A stretch of 32,855 nucleotides of DNA. Origin: a virus (taxonomy: Duplodnaviria > Caudoviricetes). Where the stretch lies: positions 1 to 32,855 of IMG/VR virus record IMGVR_UViG_3300020543_000019. The stretch is one strand, 5' to 3'. The notes beneath the pieces are model-generated. The model had not been told where the DNA came from. It searched no databases and worked only from the letters and a program-made list of their open reading frames with translations. Position 1 is the first letter of the stretch, and every line of letters starts with the position of its first letter. Of this stretch, positions 26,238-32,855 are shown piece by piece. Made by a program: the position numbers and the translations under genes.

Positions 26238-29127
26238 TACTATAGTAGTTAATGAGATTGTAGATAGTATTGTAATTGCAGTTGGAGGAGAACAAGGACC
26301 TCCAGGAATTAGTGACTTTAATCCTGCTCTTAGTTTTGTAGGAGATGTTACAGGTTCTGGGACTACAGGACAAGCTGTTACTACCTCTCTTGCAAATACT
26401 CAAGTTGCTTCTGGAAGTTATGGTTCTCCAAGTAAAACAGTAACTTTTACAGTAGACTCTAAAGGTCGTCTGCAAGCTGCAGGTGAAAGTGTAATTCTTT
26501 TAGACGCTCTTTCGGTTATTTCTGGTGTCTTTCAGACAGATAGAATGCCAGCTTTTTCTGGAGATGCTTCAACTGTTGCAGGTAATACTGTTTTAACTCT
26601 AGCTAGTACTGGAGTTAATGCTGGAAGTTATACAAAAGTAACTGTAGATGAAAAAGGTCGAGTTATAGGCGGAACTAACCCAGCTACTCTCGGAACTATG
26701 GGCATTATTGATGCTTATACTAAGGCTGAAGTTGACGCAGCTGTTTCAAGTGCTACTCCAAGTTTTGAAACTTTGACTGGCAAACCAAGTACGCTTGCAG
26801 GTTATGGGATTATAGACGGAGTTAGTACAACTCAGTTTGGAGTTTCTATTGCAACTCTTGGAAATAACGGTAAAGTTCCTCCTAGCCAGTTACCTTCTTA
26901 TATAGATACTGTTGTTGAATATCCTTTAGCTTCTAGTTTCCCAAGTACAGGTGTTAGTGGAACTATCTATATAGATACATCTACTAAGAATAGTTATAGA
27001 TGGTCTGGTACAGGATATGTGAATGTAGGAACAGCTGGTGGTTCTGTTTCTATGGATTTCATTAATATCCTTGGCAAGCCAACTACTTTATCTGGTTATG
27101 GAATTCTTGACGCAGTTAATTCAGTTCTTGTAGGAGCTAATTCTGGTTTAGCTACTTTAGGACCTAATGGAAAGTTAACTACTTCTCAAATGCCAGCTGC
27201 TGTTGACCAGATTCAAGAGATTGGAACTTTTAACGACCTTCCTGTAAATGGTTTAACTTCAACTATCTATCTTGTTCTCGATACTAATAAGATTTATAGA
27301 TTTTCTGGTTCAGCTTATGTAGAGATTAGCTCTGCAGGTACTTCTGATGATACTTTAAAACTTCATACAGCTAGAACTATAGGAATGACTGGAGATGTTA
27401 CTTGGACTTCTGGGGTTTTTGACGGTTCAGCTAATGTTACTGGAGTTTCAAGCTTAAAAACCTCTGGAGTTACCGCTGGAACTTATACTAAAGTTATTGT
27501 AAATGATAAAGGTATTGTAACTTCGGCTAGTATGCCTACTACTTTAGCTGATTTAGGAGTTACTAATGGGGTTATTACCTCAGATGTGGGAACTAATGTT
27601 GCCCCTCTTGTTGGCGGTAAAGTTCCTTCTGTAAACTTACCTTCCTATGTAGATGATGTATTAGAGTTTGCAACTTTAGCCGACTTTCCAACTCAAGGTG
27701 AAGCTGGTAAGATTTATATAGCTACAACTACAAACCTAAGTTATCGTTGGGCAACTTCAGTTTATGTTCAAATCAGTTCAGCAGGCGGAGTTGTATCTGT
27801 AGCTGCTTTAAACATAACTACTAACGGGAATGATGTAAGTTCTACAGTTGCTAATCAGACAACAGCTCCTGTAATTACTTTAAATCTGCCTACAGCTAAT
27901 GCTACTTCTCGTGGAGCGTTGAGTGCAACAGACTGGTCAACTTTTAATGCTAAACAGGCAGCTCTAGTATCTGGCACTTCCATAAAAACTATCAATGGAA
28001 CTAGTCTTTTAGGTTCTGGAGATATAGTTATAACTGCCGGAGCTGGTTCTTTTGCAGACCTTACTGGAAAACCTACTACAATTTCTGGTTATGGTATAAC
28101 TAACGCTTATACTAAAACTGAAATAGATACTTCTTTAGGTTTAAAAGCAAATTCAGCTACAACTTACACAAAAACTGAAGTAGATACTGCTATATCTAAT
28201 GCAACTCCTTCTTTTGCTACTTTAACGGGCAAACCGACTACTATTAGTGGATATGGGATTACAGATGCTCAAGCAGTTTTAGTTTCTGGAACAAATATTA
28301 AGACCATAAACGGAACTTCTATACTTGGTTCTGGAGATATAGTTATTTCTGGAGGTGGAGGTGGCTCTGGTACAGTTACTTTAGTATCTGGAACTGCACC
28401 TATTACAGTTACAAATGGAGGTACTACTCCTACAATTAGTATTTCACAAGCTTCTAGTACCGTAAATGGTTATTTAAGCTCAACTGATTGGTCTACTTTT
28501 AATGGAAAACAAGCTGCTTTAGGTTTCACTCCTTACAACGCTACTAACCCTTCTGGTTATACTTCTAACTTAGGAACTGTTACTTCAGTTTCTGGCACAG
28601 GCACTGTTAGCGGATTAACTTTAACAGGAAGTGTGACTTCAAGTGGTAGTTTAACTCTTGGTGGTACTTTAGCTGTTAGTTTAGAAAGTATTAGTGGATT
28701 TGGAAGTGGTGTAAGTACTTTCTTAGCCACACCTTCTAGTGCTAATTTATTAGCATCTATGAGTGATGAAACTGGCAGTGGGTTGTTGGTATTTGGGACA
28801 ACTCCTACTATTACTGGACTTAGAGAAGTATCTGCTGCTTTAGCCGCTAACAATATTGATGTGGCTTCTGGAAACTATTTTACAAAAACTATCACAGGGG
28901 CTACCACATTTACAGTTAGTAATGTACCAACAACTGCGACAGTAGCTAGTTTTGTATTAGAACTTACAAATGGAGGTTCTAGTGCTATTACTTGGTGGGC
29001 AGGTGTTAAGTGGGCATCTGGTACAGCTCCAGTACTAACTACAGCAGGTAGGGATTTACTTGGTTTTATCACTAAAGATGGTGGTACTACTTGGGATGGT
29101 TTAGTTATGTCAAAGGACCAGAAATAA
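26230..29127 (+). CDS. Long fibre protein, 965 aa, built from repeated modules
   Basis: G.Y.KVTVD.KGRV x3, GKP.TL.GYGI x4, GK...SQ/NLP...D...E...IY.....YR x3, LVSGT.IKTINGTS.LGSGDI x2; G/S/T-rich; GTG start. Confidence 0.88.
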   Translation: MADTIVVNEIVDSIVIAVGGEQGPPGISDFNPALSFVGDVTGSGTTGQAVTTSLANTQVASGSYGSPSKTVTFTVDSKGRLQAAGESVILLDALSVISGVFQTDRMPAFSGDASTVAGNTVLTLASTGVNAGSYTKVTVDEKGRVIGGTNPATLGTMGIIDAYTKAEVDAAVSSATPSFETLTGKPSTLAGYGIIDGVSTTQFGVSIATLGNNGKVPPSQLPSYIDTVVEYPLASSFPSTGVSGTIYIDTSTKNSYRWSGTGYVNVGTAGGSVSMDFINILGKPTTLSGYGILDAVNSVLVGANSGLATLGPNGKLTTSQMPAAVDQIQEIGTFNDLPVNGLTSTIYLVLDTNKIYRFSGSAYVEISSAGTSDDTLKLHTARTIGMTGDVTWTSGVFDGSANVTGVSSLKTSGVTAGTYTKVIVNDKGIVTSASMPTTLADLGVTNGVITSDVGTNVAPLVGGKVPSVNLPSYVDDVLEFATLADFPTQGEAGKIYIATTTNLSYRWATSVYVQISSAGGVVSVAALNITTNGNDVSSTVANQTTAPVITLNLPTANATSRGALSATDWSTFNAKQAALVSGTSIKTINGTSLLGSGDIVITAGAGSFADLTGKPTTISGYGITNAYTKTEIDTSLGLKANSATTYTKTEVDTAISNATPSFATLTGKPTTISGYGITDAQAVLVSGTNIKTINGTSILGSGDIVISGGGGGSGTVTLVSGTAPITVTNGGTTPTISISQASSTVNGYLSSTDWSTFNGKQAALGFTPYNATNPSGYTSNLGTVTSVSGTGTVSGLTLTGSVTSSGSLTLGGTLAVSLESISGFGSGVSTFLATPSSANLLASMSDETGSGLLVFGTTPTITGLREVSAALAANNIDVASGNYFTKTITGATTFTVSNVPTTATVASFVLELTNGGSSAITWWAGVKWASGTAPVLTTAGRDLLGFITKDGGTTWDGLVMSKDQK

Positions 29128-31517
29128 TGAGCTTACGAACTATGATTAAAACTGCTGGTGGGTATGTTACTAGATATATTGGAATGATTTCTGCTATTAG
29201 TAATACTCCTGCTCAAATATCTGGTATCGAGACTAACGTATCTGGAGATTTATTTGTCTTTGCTACTTATTATATCAACAATGCTAGTTGTCAAGCAGTT
29301 TTACTTAAATTTAGCTCAAATGGAGTATTACTATGGAAAAAAACAATATCTGGTTTAACTAAAAGCGCAAATATAACAATAGATACTCTTGGGAATGTAT
29401 ATCTTTTAGGACATCGAACAGTTGCTGCTGGGACAAGTAGAATATCTTCTTTTCTTGTAAAAGTTGACACAGACGGAAACATACTATGGCAAAAGAAAGA
29501 AACATCAGCTAATACTTTCTATTATACTAGACTATCTACTGATAGTAGCGGTAATATTTATACAATAGGTAGCTATAATAACTTAACGGGACAATCACTT
29601 CCAGTTTCTATAATAGTTAGTAAATATACATCAGTAGGTGATTTAGTTTTTCAATCAGCTTATAAATTGTCTGATACAACAACAACTGACGGTTTTGGTA
29701 TTTGTACTGATTCCAGCGGTAATATTTATATTACAGGGTCTACTAGTACTACTGGCTCTACTTCTGGTTATATAATAAAATTAGATTTAGCAGGTGCATT
29801 ATTATGGAAAAAATCTCTTGGTTTTGTGGGAACTATATTATGCGCTATAACATCAACTAATGAAGTTTGCGTAAGTAATGGCACAATTATTGCTAAATTA
29901 GATAGTTCTGGTAATTATATTTGGCAAAAATCTAATTCAAATGGTGAAGCAAAATGTAGTGATTTATATATAGATAGTTTAGATAATATTTATATGGCTG
30001 TTTATAATTCATTAGGAGCAACTGGAGAGGGTACTAGAATTTTTAAATATGCTACAGACGGCACTCAAAATTTTCAAAGACTATTAAATTCATCCGCACC
30101 TACTACTTATCCAGTAAGTCTAGCAGTAGATAAATTAGGAAGTTTATTTATAGGGGATTATCTTTCTACGGCTGGTGCTTATTTGTTTATATTCAAATTA
30201 ACTTCAAGCGGTAGTTTAACTGGGACTTATACTATAGGAACACAATCAAGAGTTTATTCTGTAAATACAGGTGCAGTAGAAACAATACCAACTTTAACTA
30301 CATCAACTAATTCTTTAATTCGTCTTGTTAGTTATCCTAGTAATTTTAAGTTAACACATACAGCGGCTGTTTACCGTACATACATGGATAGTTCGGGTAA
30401 TATCTACAAGGCAAGTTATAATTTACTTGTTAAATTAAATTCAACTGGAGCTATAGTTTGGCGCAAAACTATAACTGGGCTAGTCTCAAGTCAACCGCAA
30501 ATAATTGTAGATAATACATCTGGGACTATATATTTTGCAGGTAAAATAACAAGTGGTATTGGAGTAATAGCTTTTGATAGTGCTGGAGCTATTTTATGGC
30601 AGAAACAGATAGCAGGTGTTACTGGTAGTAGTGTTATAGGTATTGATTTTAACAATGTGGATTTGTATATAAGTTGCATTATAACCAGTAATGGTTCTAG
30701 TCTGGTTAAATGTTCTACTATAGATGGTGCAGTTGCTTGGGCAAGACAAGTAGGTAGTACACTTTATGGTAATTTAAAAGCTGTAAGTGATGGAGTGTAT
30801 TTCTGCGGAATGCAATCAATTTCTGGATTTCAACATGGATGGTTTGGTAAATATGGCTCTGCAGGTACTAGAACACTTTCTATGTCTATAACTAGTGTCT
30901 CTGCTGGACCAGATAATTGCTATGGTATTACTGTAGATAGTACTGGTAATATTTATATTGCAACCCAAATAGTTTATACAGGAACTACTTACTATAGTAC
31001 AATTTTTAAATGCAATAGTGCTGGTACTAGACTCTGGCAAACATCTATTGGTAATAGCGTAAATGGATTTAAAGCACTTGTATTAGATTCTTCTGATAAT
31101 GTTTATGCTACTGGGGATGGTATTTTATGTAAAATTAACTCGGCAGGGGTATTTCAGTGGGCATATACTGGCATGAGTTGTGATAGGTTGTCTTTAGATT
31201 CTTTTGGTAATATATGTACTTCTATTTCGGTTAGTAATACAACTAGTTGGAAATTACCTACAGAACAGTTATTAGGAACTTTAGGTGGTGCTACTTTTAC
31301 ATCAAGGGCACAAAGTAGTAATGCTACAACCTCTACTATAGCTTCCGTTAGTCCAACTAGCACAGTTATAACACCTACTGTGACAACTGGTACTTTCTCA
31401 ATAGCAGACGATACAACAACAACTTTTACAAAGACAGGTATGGGATTTACTACATCTAGTACTGAAACTTTTGCCCCTAGTACAGCTCCAAGTACAGTAA
31501 CAATGAAGGTATTTTAA
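29127..31517 (+). CDS. Putative receptor-binding protein with two beta-propeller (SBBP-like) regions, about 796 aa
   Basis: Recurrent DSSGNIY and K...G...W.K blades in two blocks; S/T-rich tail; TAATG coupling supports start at 29127. Confidence 0.72.
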   Translation: MSLRTMIKTAGGYVTRYIGMISAISNTPAQISGIETNVSGDLFVFATYYINNASCQAVLLKFSSNGVLLWKKTISGLTKSANITIDTLGNVYLLGHRTVAAGTSRISSFLVKVDTDGNILWQKKETSANTFYYTRLSTDSSGNIYTIGSYNNLTGQSLPVSIIVSKYTSVGDLVFQSAYKLSDTTTTDGFGICTDSSGNIYITGSTSTTGSTSGYIIKLDLAGALLWKKSLGFVGTILCAITSTNEVCVSNGTIIAKLDSSGNYIWQKSNSNGEAKCSDLYIDSLDNIYMAVYNSLGATGEGTRIFKYATDGTQNFQRLLNSSAPTTYPVSLAVDKLGSLFIGDYLSTAGAYLFIFKLTSSGSLTGTYTIGTQSRVYSVNTGAVETIPTLTTSTNSLIRLVSYPSNFKLTHTAAVYRTYMDSSGNIYKASYNLLVKLNSTGAIVWRKTITGLVSSQPQIIVDNTSGTIYFAGKITSGIGVIAFDSAGAILWQKQIAGVTGSSVIGIDFNNVDLYISCIITSNGSSLVKCSTIDGAVAWARQVGSTLYGNLKAVSDGVYFCGMQSISGFQHGWFGKYGSAGTRTLSMSITSVSAGPDNCYGITVDSTGNIYIATQIVYTGTTYYSTIFKCNSAGTRLWQTSIGNSVNGFKALVLDSSDNVYATGDGILCKINSAGVFQWAYTGMSCDRLSLDSFGNICTSISVSNTTSWKLPTEQLLGTLGGATFTSRAQSSNATTSTIASVSPTSTVITPTVTTGTFSIADDTTTTFTKTGMGFTTSSTETFAPSTAPSTVTMKVF

Positions 31518-31519
31518 TT

Positions 31520-31972
31520 ATGCAATTAGCTATTATAAAAAATGGAACTATTAAAACGATAGACGAAGATTCAATTCTATTTCCTAATACATCTTTTCCT
31601 ATGAACTTTGTAGATGAAGACTTTCTAGTGGCTAACTCTGCTATGCAAGTTATACGCTGGGAAATGTTTGATAGTTCACTAGAGAAATCTATAGATACTG
31701 AACCATATATAAAAAATGGAAAGGTTTATACTTTTAGAATAGAACCTAAATCAGAAACTGACTTAGCAGAAGAAACTAACCAAGCTCGTCTATCCAAAGA
31801 AAATGAAGTCAGAACTGAGCGAAATAACTTACTACTAGCTTCAGACTGGACTCAAGTAGCTGATGCACCTGTAGATAAGACTGCATGGGCAGCTTATAGG
31901 CAAGACCTTAGAGATATAACATCTCAAGAAGGTTTTCCATTTAACGTAGTCTTCCCTAACCCTCCTTTATAG
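31520..31972 (+). CDS. Tail fibre assembly chaperone
   Basis: RN.LL.ASDWTQ..DAP.D...W..YRQ.LRDI..Q.GFP..V.FP..P signature. Confidence 0.88.
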   Translation: MQLAIIKNGTIKTIDEDSILFPNTSFPMNFVDEDFLVANSAMQVIRWEMFDSSLEKSIDTEPYIKNGKVYTFRIEPKSETDLAEETNQARLSKENEVRTERNNLLLASDWTQVADAPVDKTAWAAYRQDLRDITSQEGFPFNVVFPNPPL

Positions 31973-31980
31973 GATTTATT

Positions 31981-32136
31981 ATGTCTATTTTTGACGATTT
32001 AGTAGAAACAGTAAAAGATGCAGCTGAAGTTGCTATTGAAACAGCAGTTCCTGTCCTTCCGCATGAAGTTGTAGAGACAGTTGTTGATATGACGGTAGAT
32101 TCAGTAGTTGATGTAGTGTCTGAAGCTATTTCTTAG
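31981..32136 (+). CDS. Small acidic Val-rich protein, 51 aa (absent from the ORF track)
   Basis: AGGA RBS; MSIFDDLVETVKDAAEVAIETAVPVLPHEVVETVVDMTVDSVVDVVSEAIS* fills the gap. Confidence 0.7.
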   Translation: MSIFDDLVETVKDAAEVAIETAVPVLPHEVVETVVDMTVDSVVDVVSEAIS

Positions 32137-32147
32137 CCTAAAAGCCT

Positions 32148-32399
32148 ATGGACTTTCTAAACTTTGTAACTGAAGTAGGATTTCCAATAGCAGCTGCTTG
32201 CGTGGGGATGTATTTTGTCTTCCTCACGCAGAAGTTTATCCTAGATTCTGTACTTGAGAAGGTTAAAAGTCTAATAGCTATTATAAAACAGCTCGACCTG
32301 CGGGTCAGCTCTATGTCACAGGACATTTTGAAGATAGATAAACTACTTTCGACAGCTTTAGAACTTCCAAAAGAAGAGGATAAGCCTAATGGACCTTAA
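32148..32399 (+). CDS. Single-TM membrane protein with GFPI motif (YvrJ-like; holin candidate 1)
   Basis: VGFPIAAACVGMYFVF TM segment followed by coiled coil; upstream of the endolysin. Confidence 0.6.
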   Translation: MDFLNFVTEVGFPIAAACVGMYFVFLTQKFILDSVLEKVKSLIAIIKQLDLRVSSMSQDILKIDKLLSTALELPKEEDKPNGP

Positions 32400-32631
32400 A
32401 GAGCTTGCTAACTATATAAATCAGTATGGTTTTCCTATAATAGCTGCCGGGGGGATGGGTTATATTGTCTACTTTGTGTGGATTTGGACTACAACTATGG
32501 TCAAGCCGATACTAGAGGAAGCTTATATAGTTCTTGTAGAGCTGATTGACCAGATTAGAGTCCTAGATAATGATATGATACGGTTGGAACAGAAACTTAA
32601 AACTATTTTACTCTTGAGAGGTAAGAAATGA
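32389..32631 (+). CDS. Single-TM membrane protein with GFPI motif (paralog; holin candidate 2)
   Basis: YGFPIIAAGGMGYIVYFVW TM segment, coiled coil, basic C-terminus; ATGA overlap with the endolysin. Confidence 0.6.
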   Translation: MDLKELANYINQYGFPIIAAGGMGYIVYFVWIWTTTMVKPILEEAYIVLVELIDQIRVLDNDMIRLEQKLKTILLLRGKK

Positions 32632-32855
32632 GCAAACACTTTAAACCTAGTGAGTTTATGTGCCATTGTGGGTGTGGTGAGATGGAGGTTAGTGATAAGT
32701 TAGTTGACTTACTAGAGGAAATCCGCACTAAAGTTGGCAAGCCTATTATTATTATGAGTGGAAAACGCTGCGAGAAGCATAACGCTAAAGTTGGCGGAGC
32801 TAAGAAGTCTCAACACGTCTTAGGTAATGCAGCTGATATTAAGATTAAAGATATG
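32628..32855 (+). CDS. Peptidase M15A-family endolysin (partial, runs off the window)
   Basis: MSKHFKPSEFMCHCGC...SGKRCEKHNAKVGGAKKSQHVLGNAADI carries the SxHxxGxAxD Zn-peptidase motif. Confidence 0.92.
   Translation, partial: MSKHFKPSEFMCHCGCGEMEVSDKLVDLLEEIRTKVGKPIIIMSGKRCEKHNAKVGGAKKSQHVLGNAADIKIKDM

Larger units (their letters stand above)
1..32855. mobile_element. Tailed dsDNA phage (siphovirus, lambda-like morphogenesis module); genome fragment
   Basis: Contiguous terminase, portal, capsid, tail, tail tip, fibre and lysis genes. No cellular genes, integrase or att site in view. Confidence 0.97.

Noticed and set aside
26230-31517. Diversity-generating retroelement or invertase-driven fibre switching
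   Set aside because: No reverse transcriptase, recombinase, adenine-only-mismatched repeat pair or inverted crossover sites seen; fibre repeats differ at all base types. Elements outside the window cannot be excluded.
26224-32326. Short minus-strand ORFs over the fibre, propeller and lysis genes
   Set aside because: Antisense shadows of low-complexity G/S/T-rich genes.
1-32855. Stop-codon reassignment, suspected from the many TAG/CTAG words
   Set aside because: All conserved genes are full length in the standard code, and TAG, TGA and TAA all serve as tight gene ends.

Overview
The window is the virion-morphogenesis half of an AT-rich tailed phage (siphovirus with a lambda-type head and tail tip); no host genes are visible. 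The minus strand carries a complete lambda-like run: terS, terL (gpA type), gpW, portal, S49 protease with nested scaffold, decoration protein, major capsid, head-tail joining genes, tail tube, G/GT chaperone with a -1 frameshift, tape measure, tail tip M-L-K-I-J, and a fibre chaperone. After it comes a separately promoted three-gene cassette led by a Gly-zipper, Q/N-rich coiled-coil protein and bracketed by long G-U-rich hairpins. A divergent plus-strand operon starting back to back with terS encodes a second fibre system (adaptor, 965-aa repeat fibre, double beta-propeller protein, chaperone) and lysis genes (membrane proteins, M15 peptidase endolysin truncated at the window edge). Main oddities: the Q/N cassette, sigma70-like promoters embedded in inverted repeats, a cysteine-free gpL lacking the Fe-S domain, a domain inserted in the tail tube, and no GATC found in 32.8 kb. 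All calls come from manual motif recognition, with no database searches.
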